In this document: positions 24,376 through 37,040 of the stretch, piece after piece
Layout: each line of letters opens with the position of its first letter
Position numbering within the stretch: the stretch's first letter is position 1
From: Felis catus
Lineage: Eukaryota
Direction of reading: 5' to 3'
Length of the DNA stretch: 64,000 bases
Assembly (NCBI RefSeq): GCF_018350175.1
Contig: NC_058369.1
Location: forward strand, 23,560,001 to 23,624,000
Notes under the pieces: model-generated
Seen by the model: the letters and a program-made list of their open reading frames with translations, nothing else
Told to the model about the DNA's origin: nothing
Databases searched by the model: none
Program-made: the position numbers and the translations under genes

Positions 24376-27077
24376 ATATATGCAAATATGCAAGGCACCA
24401 GCCAAACGTAAAGAATTTGAGTCATCAGAACCATCACAGAAAACTTGTGTGGAGGGGAGAGGGGAGTTGGAGGGCTGGTCATTTCTCTCTAAGCACACAA
24501 GATAGCATAGGTCCCTGCTTTAGAAAACCCTAAAGTGCTCATCCCTGACCTCTTTTCTTAACATTCACATCACATTTTCCTAGCCACCCCTTACACATTT
24601 TTAAAGCCAATTATTAACTGTAGGATAGAATGGATTTTTCCCTAAAATTTTCTCCACTGTTCTTTAAAGCCATCGCCATTCCCTCTTGTTCATTTAATCA
24701 AACCGAAATTGGATTGTGAAACGGTCAAAGCAAGTCAGATCTGAAAATGCTCAGTTTGGACCTTTTCTTCTTTTATGATTAGTAGTTTTGACCACATATG
24801 TGGATTTTTTTTAACCTTCTCCCCAAAGAATTCCACAGCTCTAAGTACAATCCCTTCTCAAAACATCAACTGACATGAAAGCAAAACTCTACCAATTCTC
24901 TGACTTCTAATAAAAATCTGATAAATTCCATATCTTACCAACAAACCCAGTGGTTGGCAGCTGAATAATTTAGTCACACTGGCCATTTAGCACCATGACG
25001 GTCGGTGCCTGAGTCACTTATGTTCAAGATGCTTGCTCTCGAAGGTACAGTGCTCTTTATAAGCCAAATGTAAGGCAGTCAGACCCCATCAGTGACTATC
25101 TGCTTGAGGTGATCCTTCCAGTTCTGAATGAGAAAATTCAAAGATGGCAGCTGTCTCTTTAGTATTCAGTTCATACTTGTGAAGCCCTCAACATTTTCCA
25201 TTTAAACTTTATTGGTGTGAATCCCCCCTTGGAAATTAAGTCATGCTTTCAGTTCCTCACATCCCAGAACATAGCCCTTTTCCTTCAGAAGTAAATAGGG
25301 CAGTATCTTGGGCTTTTTCTGAACATCTTGTCAAAGTGAAAAATCCTTTTTTTTAGGGCCAGCATTCATCAGTTGTGCTTGTCTTTTACTCTGACTGAAA
25401 AAGAAAATGGCCCAGTCTTCCAACTGGCTATCCTCTGGTTGCCTTAATTCATGGGACGCCAAGAAGGGAAAAATTGGTAGGTTCAACAGTGTTGGACAAG
25501 GATAAACAGAATCATATCACATTAACTGTAATTTAGAGCATTTCAACACATCCCTGCTTCTGCCAAAGCCAGCAAGATCAGCCCCCATTGGAAAAAAAGG
25601 AGGAATGGGGTGGGGCTGGGAGGTAAAATGGAGAATCCGAATTTCTATTTTCTAAGCTAGAGTTTGAGAATTAGAGACCCATCAGCACTTTCTTGAACGT
25701 TTTGCTCATTCATGCTATAAAAATAAATATCACAAAATATTTTCTGGACTCAGCCTCGTCTGTTGCTAAAACCAAAGCCAACATGCTTCCAAACAGACTC
25801 ACTGAGGCTCATTTCACAAGGACGGACGTTGTCAGGCTGGCAGGCAGCCACTGGAAGAGTTATTGAAATTCAATTCAAAATGATGTACTCTGCATGAAAA
25901 TGCCCATTTATGAGCATTCAAAAGGATGGAGAATTTCTCAGGAAGATGACAGCAATGACAACTTCTAGGACCGACCAGTGTTGCCTGGAGATGATTACTC
26001 CAAAATACACACGCACTCCCAGAGCTTTGCTGGAGAGTCTTCTGAAGGCTGGGACTGTTTGTATTCAGATGAAATCTCTGTAGATTGAGCTATTTATTAC
26101 AGACTGAGTAAACAAATATATGCAACAGGGGTTTGGTGAAATTTGTAGCTAAAATACCCGCAGCAGGGTCGACATCATGAATCCCAACCACCCGGCTTAG
26201 AACAGCAGAGCCCAGGGCTGAAGAGACCCCTTTTTTACATGAGTGCTCCCCAACATATTCAGGAAAAGAACATCTGGAAGTTATGATCTCTCTAGAGAAC
26301 CCCAGGAAATACTGATACCATTTTTTCCAGCACATGACCTAGGAAAAATCTTTCTAGCTAAAACGATGGCTAGTTACGGATATGCGATTTCACAACTCAA
26401 CCCTAAATATTGTACTTTTTGAAAAACTGTCATTCTCTCCAACAGGATTGAAATGATATCTATGAGGACAGGGACTTAATCTCATTTACTGCTGCCTTCC
26501 CAGGGCCTGAACAAACTTCCTCAGAAATACCATGTGTTCAAAGTACATGTACCTCGACCTTTCGGAGTTCTTTCAGAAATTGTATTTGCTGCTATTGAAT
26601 CGGTAACTGAAACAGGTAGATATTTAAATAGAATTTGTGAGAGAGGAGAATTCTCAGCAATTAAGAAAACATTAAGATTAATGTTCAGCAATTAAGAAAA
26701 TGATATTCAGCAATACATCCTCTGCATTGGGAGAAGACAACCATCATAACATTCAAAGGTGGTTATTTCTTAGGTGTTTCTGAGGCTCACCTCTATTGAA
26801 CACCAGCAACTGGCAGGAGCAAAGTTTGAGAGTCATCATTCTAACCTGTTCTGACATTGCTGAGAACATGTATTTAGAATAAGATTATTTTATCTAGCAG
26901 GTCAGATTAGGAAACTTGATCCCCAGCTTGACTGATTTATGTCAATTAATGACCACAGAATAAAGGCATTATTATGAAGTGATTCTGTGTAGTTATGCAA
27001 TGCCTTGAAGCCAGAAATATGAATCTCCACCTCCATATGGAGCTCAGTGTAGTCTTGTGGTCAGAGGGTGGAGGCAT

Positions 27078-27620
27078 CATTCATTTATTTGATAAATAGT
27101 CTCTCGGGGCCTTTTCATGTGCCAGGTTCTATCCTAGGCCCTGGGAAGACAGTGGGGATTAGACCAAGTCACTGTCCTCACGGAAATTATTTTCTTCTTG
27201 TGGAAGAGAAAGATAGTTTTTTTTTTTTTTTGTAATGTTTATTTTTTGAGAGAGACAGGAGTATGAGTGGGGAAGGAGCAGAGAGAGAGGGAGACACAGA
27301 ATCTGAAACAGGCTCCAGGCTCTGAACTGTCAGCACAGAGTCCGATGCGGGGCTCAGACTCGGGAATGGCAAGATCATGACCTAGGCTGAAGTCGGACAC
27401 TTAACTGACTGAGCCACCCAGGCGCCCTGAGAAAGATAGTTTTTAAAAGAGTGTAATAGAAGGTCACTTAGCAATAGGAGCTATGAAGAAAAATACAGTA
27501 AGACGAAGCAATAGAGGGGAAGGTGCTGATGATAGAAAAGGCTTCTCTGGGGAAGGAACATTTGAACAAATTCTTGAATTTAGTAAAAGCATGCACTATG
27601 TGATAATAGGGACCACTGAC
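27078..27620 (-). mobile_element. L2 3' region, interrupted by a SINE
   Basis: CATTCATTTATT...ATGTGCCAGGTTCTATCCTAGGCCCTGGG...GGCTTCTCTGGGGAAGGAACATTTGA. Confidence 0.75.
27222..27428 (-). mobile_element. Can-SINE
   Basis: Reverse SINE; 16 bp TSD GAGAAAGATAGTTTTT at 27206-27221 and 27429-27444. Confidence 0.97.
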
Positions 27621-27819
27621 ATCTGACAAGATCCCAAAGGGCTTTCTGGTCTGAAGCAGCATCACACAATGACAATCAGATGAGAACCATCCATTGCACA
27701 ACTGTACTTGAGTGATGAAAATAATTGGAAACATCTTGTTTCTTCCACTAGGCTGGCAGAAATTTAGTGAGGTACACAGAAAAGGGGAAGGCATAAGGAC
27801 ACATAAGAAGGAAAATTCT

Positions 27820-28135
27820 AAACTCTAGGCCTGCCTAGTCATAATGAAAAGCGATGGGCAAGTTACTACATGAGACCCAAGTATTTATATGCAGGAAGTC
27901 TCTACCCTTACTCCTAAATATTATCTTGGGGTTATTTTCATAATCAACATAAAAAAAGAGAGGCAATACGTATCTCAGCAGAAAGAGCACCAATGTTGGG
28001 GACAGAGAGATGACAATCAAAGTCTTGGCCTGTAACTTTCCAGCTATGCCAGCTTACATCTATTATCTCTCTGAATTAATCTGTACACTTGGAAAATGGA
28101 AACATCCGTGCTTGGTTTATAGGGTTGTGGCAATG
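27820..28135 (+). mobile_element. Two MIR fragments
   Basis: GGGCAAGTTACT...; TCTCTCTGAATT...GGAAAATGG...ATAGGGTTGTG. Confidence 0.5.
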
Positions 28136-28569
28136 TTCATAAAGGCCGAGCCCATCCTGCTGATAGTGGTGGACAGATAGTAATGTACACAAAGTTATAC
28201 AGAAAACAGAAGGAAAAACTTCCCCTAAACCCCCCTAACCCCCCCCAAAAAAAACCCATCCAGTCTACTCATGGGTTAGGTACATTCTCTTTACTTGTAT
28301 TTCCGAAATGAATGTCTATGCACATAGTCTCTTAAGAAACTTAAGAAAACCAACTCAAACTAACTGGTGACTAACTCCCACCTGAATTAGAAACATTAAA
28401 ATCCACAGATTATTTTAAGAAGTTTAACCTTTTATAAACCAACCTTCTAATTAGAACAGGAATAAGCTCATGTTATCTAAAGGAGTATGAACTTAATCAG
28501 TACATATAAATGGATGTAAAACAGGTATTTTTTTTCCGTTAAACATTGATCCTACACGTGTCCATCTCT

Positions 28570-29612
28570 ACATTCATCCAACCAAGAGTACTTGCTGAAG
28601 TTTTGCTATGTATCAGGCACTGGTTTACATGGTTGGGTTTCAGCGATAACAGACCAAGTTGATACTGACCGCCTGGAATATTCTAGTGCAGAAGACAGAG
28701 AAACACGATTAAGAAATAAACCCCCAAGTAGCAAGAGGTATTACTAAGTGTTAGGAAGAAAATTCTATTTGGAAGAACTGGAGAACAAGTGACAACCTAG
28801 AGGAGGTAGGTTGGATATTGAAGAGGGTGGTGACCCATGGGCCAAGACACAGAGGAAATGAAAGAATGAATTGTGTCAAGATCTGGAGGAAGTGCATTCT
28901 GCGAAGAGGGAGGAGCAAGGGCCAAGGCTCTGAGGCGAGAATGAACTAGACATGTTCCAAGCACGAGAGAGCTGTTGAGGCTGGAGCCCTGGGCAAGGCC
29001 AGAGGGGGAAGAAATGAGCTTCAAGACGGAGGAACAGCCATGTCACCAAGGGCCTCATAGGTCCTAGTAAGGATTTGATAATTGACTCTAAGTGTGAGGG
29101 GAAACCTTTTAATTATATACATTTGTTTCTTTGTTTTCTAGCAAGGAAGTGATTTGATCTGATTTCCTTTTTGAAAATGCCTGTAATTGCTACAGGAGAA
29201 ATAGAGGCTGCGTGTCCTGGTGCAAGAGGTGGCAGGGTCTGGTTGTGGAGAAGGGAGAAGAGAAAAAAAGAAAAAGCCCAGACTGACCCATGAGGAAGTT
29301 ACTACTCTAATATCCTCTAAAGAAATGGCAGGGGCTTAGAGTGGGTCACAAGGAGCAATCCCATTAGAGATTTAAAATCTTTATATTAAAGCAGAGGGAA
29401 CAGAACCTCCTGGTGAAGACAGGACTATATGAGGAAGAGAGAAATCAGGGACAATTTCTATTGTTTCCAGCCTGAGCACCTGGGCACATTTACTGAGATG
29501 GGGAGACAGGAAAAGGAGCAGATCTGAAGAGGAAACCGGGAGTTCTTTTTAAGGCATATTAATTTGAAATTCTCCTTACGCATCCAGATAGCAACACTGA
29601 GCAGTCAGATGG
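28570..29612 (-). mobile_element. L2 (L2a-like) ~1 kb fragment
   Basis: TATGTATCAGGCACTG..., GCAAGGGCCAAGGCTCTGAGGC, CATTTACTGAGATGGGGAGACAGG. Confidence 0.85.
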
Positions 29613-29749
29613 AAGGGAGACAAATATCCATGATTTGTTGCTGATGGGTGTAATTCCAGGAATAAAAACTCAGTAAATATGGCTCTCTTACCCCTTAAAC
29701 TTTGGGAAATAACTTCATCTACTTTTTTCAAGAAGTAGATTCTTACCAA

Positions 29750-30790
29750 CTTCACTAATTAAATAGATCTAAAACTCTTACACTCCATAACTCCTGAATA
29801 CAGGTTCTTTCTTAAGTGTATATAGAACATTCACCAAAATAGACCATATGCTGGAGCCAAAAGCAAATCTCAACAAATTTCAAAGGAGTATGTGTTCCAC
29901 TTCGGTGCAGTTAAACTAGAAATCAATAGTAGAAAGATAACTAGAAAACCTCCAAATGCCTGGAAATTAAGCAACCCGATCCCATATAACCTATGAGTTG
30001 AAAAAGTAATTGAAATGAAAATCGGAAAATATTTTGAACTGAATAATGAAATGTGGCATATCACAATGTGGGGGATATAGCTTGACAAGTGTTTAGGGGT
30101 AAATTTGTGGCTTTAAATACATACATTAGAAAAGAACCGTGAAAATAAATTGCCTAAGCTTCCATTCAATAAACAGATTAACAACTTAAACTCAAAGAAA
30201 GTAAAAGAAAGGAAATAATAGAAGCGAAAGCAGAACACAAAGAAATACACAAAGATACACAAAAGGAGAAACTAACAAAGCCAGTTATTCTTTGAAAAAA
30301 TAAGTTGATAAACCTTTGTTCAATTAGCAAAACTGATCAAGAAAAAAAGGAGAGAACACACATTACTGATACGAGGATTTTAAAAAGCCACATTATTGCA
30401 GATTATATAGACATTAAAAGATCATGCAAATAAATTAGACAAATGAGATGAAATGGATACAACTCTTATAAGACACAACTTATTAAAACTAGCACAAGAA
30501 GAAATAAGAAATCTGTTAAAGAAATTAAAGCTTTAACTAAAAACCTTCCTACAAAGAAAACTCCAGGCTCAGATGGTCTCAAGGGTGAAGTCTTCCAAAC
30601 ACTTAACAAGAAATAATAGCAATTTTATGTAAACTCTTTCAGAGTTAAAAGAAAGGGAACATTTTTAAACTCATTTTATGAGGTCAGGATAACCCTGACA
30701 CCAAAACATGACGAAGCCATTATAAAAGAAAACTACAGGCCAATCTCTCCCATAAACAAATAATAATAATTTCTTTTAAAAAGCAAATTT
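29750..30790 (+). mobile_element. Ancient L1M ORF2 internal fragment (EN end to RT start), dead
   Basis: ACATTCACCAAAATAGACCATATG (TFTKIDH), CTAGAAATCAAT, TGGAAATTAA, CCAGGCTCAGATGG, AACTACAGGCCAATCTCT (NYRPIS); frameshifts and stops. Confidence 0.9.
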
Positions 30791-30919
30791 TCCTTAACAT
30801 ATTCCTTGGCTTCGTGTCTTTTTTGTTCAGTTAGACTAATTCGTAAGTACACTCGGGACACCTTTGATGGCTCTAAGAAACACTTCAGGAGAGGAAATTT
30901 TCAAACTGGAGTGCATTTT

Positions 30920-31124
30920 AATTTTTTTTAACGTTTATTCATTTTTAAGAGACAGAGCGTGAGCAAGGGAGTGGCAGAGAGAGAGGGAGACACAGAATCC
31001 CAAGTGGGCTCCAGGCCCTGAGCTGTCAGCACAGAGCCTGACACGGGGCTCGAACCCACAAACTGTGAGATCGTGACCCGAGCCGAAGTAGGACACTTAA
31101 CCCACTGAGTCACCCAGGCACCCC
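30920..31124 (-). mobile_element. Can-SINE
   Basis: Reverse SINE head, GA tract and T tail. Confidence 0.95.
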
Positions 31125-31795
31125 TCATACTGGAGGTTTGCATTAAAAAGTAGGTGCCTGTAGTTCGCCTGATATCCCCGAAGATATATTTGTCTCCCCA
31201 GGACACAATTCATCATAATTCTGGATCAAAACTATCTTTTGGTCTGTTTAAAGAAAATAATTCAAATTAAGAGAGTAAAAGGACATCAATCAGCTCAGCT
31301 CACCAAAACTTATGTGCATGACAAGTATATGCTAACACAAAGGATGCTACCGGTGAGATCACTCCTTGTTGTATGCTTGTGAGGAGCTGCAGGTGACAAC
31401 AAGCAGACAATCACATACTAGGAAGTACCCACATACAAAAGCCTTTTACAACCACTTGGCACCAATCATAGTGACGAAGAGCTATGATTTCTGTTAGACA
31501 ACATATAGCAAATACACCACCTCAAGTTATTTTTATGTAATAAGTTATTAGATAAAAAGATAACAGTTTAATATTTTCCTTGCCTATATAAATGTCAAAT
31601 ACTTTCATATGCCATTTTATTAGTCTCAGTACTCCTGAAATGTGTTCACCTTGATCTGCCCATTTTGGAACACAAACCAGTTAGGCTACACTATTAGCAG
31701 TGTACCTAAATAACCAAATTGGCTGATTCATCTTATTGAATTGACCGGTGGTTTCCTACATGCTTACAAATCAGTCAGCTGCAGTTGCCATAGGT

Positions 31796-31953
31796 CAGTG
31801 GTCCCCAGATCAGCAATGAGCATCACCTGGGAACTTGTTAGAAAGGCAAATCCTCTAACTCAGCTTAGAACCATTAAATCAGAAACCAAATCAGGAAACA
31901 GCAATCTGGGTTTTAACAAGCTTCTGATGCCCCCTCAAGTCAGAGGACCACTA
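31796..31953. mobile_element. MER5A (hAT-Charlie)
   Basis: CAGTGGTCCCCAG...GCATCACCTGGGAACTTGTTAGAAAGGCAAAT...TTTTAACAAGC...GAGGACCACT. Confidence 0.8.
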
Positions 31954-32294
31954 AGTGAACCACAGAGGACCCACGTGTTATCAATTTCATTCATTCATTC
32001 ATTCATGCGCATTCATATACAACGTCTTCCCCTAAGACACACACACACAGTTTTCAAAGAAACAAAAGGAAAAACTTATGGGAAAATAAAAGGCTACAGT
32101 AATTCAAAGTCTCCATTAAACAGGAGATCAGTTAATTGTGGTATTTTGGCTATGGCATAGATAGAATTGTGTATAGATTTAGGCATGATCTCTCTGGCTT
32201 TAATTCCACTCCTCTCTCGCTCAGGAACACGTATCTGAATTGCAAGTTGGTGTGAGTGACAGTGTGAGCCATCATTATGATTTGCACACAGGTA

Positions 32295-32545
32295 GAGTAG
32301 GAGATGGTTAAAAGACTGGGTGGGCTCTGGGGCCTGGGTTTGAAGTTCATTCCTCCTATTAATTGTGAGACCTTGGACAAGTCTCTTAACCTTTCTGTGC
32401 CTCAATTTCCTTATCTGTATAATATAGATAATAGTTGTATCTATCTCATGAGGTTGTGAGGATTAAATAATATGTAAATATAACATTCTTAGAATAGGGC
32501 TTGGCACATAGTAAGTCCTCAGTAAATGTTAGCAGTTATTATTGT
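32295..32545 (+). mobile_element. MIR (near full length)
   Basis: GACCTTGGACAAGTCTCTTAACCTTTCTGTGCCTCAATTTCCTTATCTGTA...GGCACATAGTAAGTCCTCAGTAAATGTTAG. Confidence 0.92.
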
Positions 32546-32606
32546 TAGCGTTGATACTATTAGATCAAAGAAATGCAACCTTCTCATAAATTTCATTTTG
32601 ATTGAT

Positions 32607-32960
32607 GTCTCAGACTGGGCTCTTTGGACAGCAGGTGACAGACACTCAGAGCTAGATTGGCAAAATGAGAGAATGTACTGGTTTGTGAACATCATGGAAA
32701 CCATGGCATGAGTTGGCTTCAAGGATGCCTGCAACCATAGATTCATATACACCCAGGACTCTCTCTGTCTCTCTCCTCTCTGCTTCTCTGTGTGTCACCT
32801 CCATTCTCAAGACTGGCGTCTTTCACAGGGCAGGGAACATAGTCACCAAGTGTTTTATAGCCTCACCATTTTGTGACCGGAGAAGATGATCCAGTTAAAA
32901 CACTCCGGGGAAGACCATGACCCAGCCTGGGTCATTGCCCTTCTCAGAACTAATTTCTCT
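32607..32960 (-). mobile_element. MaLR LTR (MLT1I/J-like)
   Basis: TTGGCTTCAAGGATGCCTG, CTCTGCTTCTCTGTGTG, CCCAGCCTGGGTCA. Confidence 0.6.
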
Positions 32961-33429
32961 GGACAAGGAAGGCCCCCTTCTCATCCCACCCACCAGACTC
33001 GGCAGAAGTACCAATCCACCACGCATTTTGCTGAGGATTTATATCCCTTTAAGGTAAGCTGTGAGCAGACTTCCTGAGCCATCTGGCTTGAGAGAAGTAA
33101 CCAACCATTTTATTCCTTCTTCCTGTTGTTGCTGTCATTCTGACCATTTCACAATCTGGTCCTTGATGAGTGTCCCATCTTTCATGGCTTTGTTGAGTTT
33201 GACCCCAGGGTGAAAATGGGATGTGTGTTTATTTTACCTGACAAAGTACCCATGGCTAAGGCTTGGAGCACTTGAGGACTGTACTTTCTCCCCCTCCAGA
33301 TGGGGCTGTAATTATAATTTAACTGTCTGGGTCCAACTTAAGGTGAGGAAAAGATATATTAAGTTTGCACACATGTTATTCCCCTACCCCCACCTACATC
33401 CCTTCAGCTCCCCACATTTCAAATGTGAC

Positions 33430-33597
33430 NNNNNNNNNNNNNNNNNNNNNNNNNNNNNNNNNNNNNNNNNNNNNNNNNNNNNNNNNNNNNNNNNNNNNNN
33501 NNNNNNNNNNNNNNNNNNNNNNNNNNNNNNNNNNNNNNNNNNNNNNNNNNNNNNNNNNNNNNNNNNNNNNNNNNNNNNNNNNNNNNNNNNNNNNNNN
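33430..33597. other. N-run (168 nt), gap or mask
   Basis: Run of N. Confidence 1.
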
Positions 33598-33761
33598 AAT
33601 GTCACAAAGATTTATGTGCTTTCATTTGTGCATTAAATTGAGGACAGGTGGGAGAATGCTCAAGCCTGAGAAAAACTGATAGTTCGTTTCTCCCTGAGAA
33701 GAGAAATGGCTGCTAAGACTACTGCTGGTTTAGATAAAATAGATACAGATCTTGTAAAAAA

Positions 33762-33792
<31 letters not shown>

Positions 33793-36034
33793 AGAAGAAG
33801 GAAAAGAACAAAAAAGGAGGGCTCATGTTTGAAAAGCAATATTTCAGCAGCCAAATAATTACCTCTGCGATCATGTTTCTCACAAATGGGAACCCTGGAC
33901 TGGAATTCCAAGTTGAGTCCTGCTCCCAATTCAAATGGAACAGGCAATCTCCCACCCAAACAGCCAAGAAAATGGCCCGGCCTCCATTCACACTTGCAGA
34001 GAAAAGGTCTCTGGAATGGAGGCAAATGGCGGCCTCAACACATTCCATCTTAATGGCTTGCAACACAATCGGTTACACATATGTAACCACTCATTTTTTA
34101 ATTTGATTCTTGTTTCAAACACCTTTTCGGGACCCAATACATCTACAAGATGTCATCACTTGATAGGTTGCTACTCTATGCCTGGCCTTGAAACAAGTGA
34201 TTCGATGTGCTGAGTATTCACCTGGATTTGAAATGAGAGTGTGAATTTGCATTTCATAAAGGGGATGCTATTGGGGAAACAGTCAAGCCAAATTTTTCAC
34301 CAAGAGAAATGCAAGAGCTGCTCTTGGAAAGCCTAGTGGTCAGCATCCCCCGGGAGGGACACCGCTTGCCCCCGGGATAACCCGGAGGCGTTTTGGATAC
34401 ATTAAAATGATTTTGTACACTCGATCCCATGAGGTTTAAATCGAGCTTCTGAATCAAATATTGATCAAACCCTTAACTGATTTCTGAAGCAAGAATTTTC
34501 TATTTAGAGACGAGAGCCCTGTCCACACTGAGGAGCAAAGGACACATAGTTCGTCCCTGTTTTTGTATGACTTCACTCAATTACATGGATACAAATGAAA
34601 TGTGAAACCTCCCAGTGATGTCTGATCTTTTCTGGTATAGGCAATTACTACAATTCTAGTGATCTGTCATTTAAGATGACCACTAAATATAATAACCAGA
34701 TAGTAAAAAATGCTCAACATGCAACAGGGAAAGCTTTCAGATAAAATACTCTATAACTCCCAGACATTTTTCGTATAAGTTTGTTCAGCAGTTCAGCTTG
34801 TGATATGTGTGTGTTTGTGGGGTGATAGCTATGACTGCCGAAGGGAGGTAGATAAAGGAAGACATTTTATAAATCGGAGATAAATGGTGTTAATAGTTCA
34901 ATAAGATAAATGCTTGTCTTCTTTTAAAACTGAATTCCAGAAGAAATTGCAACATGGGAACGGACACAACATTTTTTTTTTTGAGGCCAAAAAAACACAC
35001 TATCTTGCAGATTGGAGAGTGGTATAAGACAGCCTGCACAATATTGGGATGATGCTCTATTTAATTTCTAGAATATTACATTTCTTCTTGTATTACATCT
35101 TAGCCAATGTTTTGATTAAAGTTCCACTGCTTGGTGAGATAATCCAATGTTATCTTATGATTTAGAAACAAACAAACAACTCTATCCCCTATCTTTTAAA
35201 AAGCATGCCTTGAAAGAGATCCCTACCTTAAATCTGCACAGTTCTTTATCACCATGGGTCCTAGCCATTTTTGAGATACACAACTCAAACACACAAATAA
35301 TTGCTTACCATGTTAGTGAATCTATGGACTAAAGTCCATTGCTAGACACTGTACAGGGCTATGGAGTCAGTTCACCACCCCCAGCTCTGTCCTTTATGAT
35401 AACTGCTTACACAACAGGGATCCATGGGCCATCTACTTAATGCCATTGCTAGACACTTTGCCGTGTTTTAGAGTCAGGTTACCACCCCCCTGCTCTGGAC
35501 TTTGCACCTTCATTTACAGCCTCTTACTTGATTCAAATAACAGTCCTCTAAGGATCTTATCCCTCAAGCCCAGGTCACGCTCACCTCAAACAGAGTCTCT
35601 GGAGGGGACTGAGAGCCCAGAACTGACCACTGCCAACTAATCCAGAAGATCTTACTGTCTCTGCTCCCTCCACCCTGACTCTGGGTCTCTAGCCTCACCT
35701 TCCCAGCTAGGATCATAGTTAAGGTTACACTATGTCTTGTTTGGTGGGCTGATAGGGCAGAGTATGAAATGCTTTTTTTCCAGGAGGAAATGCACAGAGT
35801 TGCTTAGGCTCCCAGTTTCTGTCTCCACAATGCCTCATGGGTCAAGAGTGCCAGCCCTTTACCTCCATGCATCACAAGGACTCCATGGGATAATTCACTG
35901 TGGCTCCTTTGCGGTGAATCTCTTCTTGCAGTGGTAACACCAGAAACACACTGTCCCAAACCTCTGAAGGAAGTAACTCCCCTATTTCCCTGTTGTTGGC
36001 AATGAACCCTGCCATGACGTGAAATAATAAAAAG

Positions 36035-36240
36035 AAGCACTAACGATCAGCACTGACTTTGTGCATTTCACACATATTGACTTAATTGATCCTCACAATA
36101 ATCCTATTAGGTAAGTGCTATTATTCTACACGTTCACCATTGGGGAACCCGGGACACAGAGAGGGTTCTTCTAGTTTGCTTATGATCAAAGTCAGCAAAG
36201 ACTGGAACCAGGACTCAAGCCCCAGGACTTGAACCAGGAC
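36035..36240 (-). mobile_element. MIR
   Basis: TGATCCTCACAATAATCCTATTAGGTAAGTGCTATTATT. Confidence 0.75.
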
Positions 36241-36788
36241 TCTACTTAGCAATGAGGAAAGAAAATACACACATTTACAAATAACCATATATATATGATG
36301 GGTATTGACCAGTGACTGATTGATTGCTTGTTTTTTTTTGTTTGTTTTTTGTTTTTTTTTTACTGATGTGAATATGTAATCAAGAAGGCTGGGAATACTC
36401 CATTCAGTTGATTGGACATGGAGTTTGAAAAGAAAGCCATATGGTATAGGGGTGAGGAGAATCAGAATGTATGTTGGACTTGGCTATGAAGGAAAGCCAC
36501 AGAAGGCCAACCTCCCCTCTTTGTCTAGCACCAACATAGCGAGGTGTTGTGGGGTCACATAAATAGAAAAGTCTGGTTGGAAGTAAAGGGGTGGTTCCAG
36601 AGGGTAAGGAGTGAGGAGGCAAAAGGGAAATGCCACTATAAGCTATAGCCCCAAAGATCAAAGTGGCTCACAACCCATGTCTATGGTCCACCGGAAAACA
36701 TAAGTTGCATACTGGACCTATTGTTAATTCTATCTGCATGCCTGTATCACAGTGTATAGTAAAGCTTACATTAGGGGGGCTTGTTTCT

Positions 36789-36801
36789 TTTTTTTAAATG
36801 T

Positions 36802-36844
<43 letters not shown>

Positions 36845-37040
36845 TTTTGAGAGAGAAAGAGTACACACACATGACAGGGGGAGAGGCAGAGACAGAGAGA
36901 GGGAGACAGAGAATCCCAAGCAGGCTCCACGCTGTCAGCGCAGAGCCCGATGTGGGGCTTGAACTCACGAAACATGAAATCATGACCTGAGCCGAAATCA
37001 AGAGTCTGATACTTAACTGACTGAGCCACTCAGCTGCCCC
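36789..37040 (-). mobile_element. Can-SINE with (TTTA)n tail microsatellite
   Basis: Reverse SINE; TSD GGGGGCTTGTTTCT on both sides; (TTTA)n at ~36801-36845. Confidence 0.97.

Noticed and set aside
29750-30790. Intact or domesticated reverse transcriptase
   Set aside because: L1 ORF2 motifs are present but broken by stops, frameshifts and deletions; no long ORF
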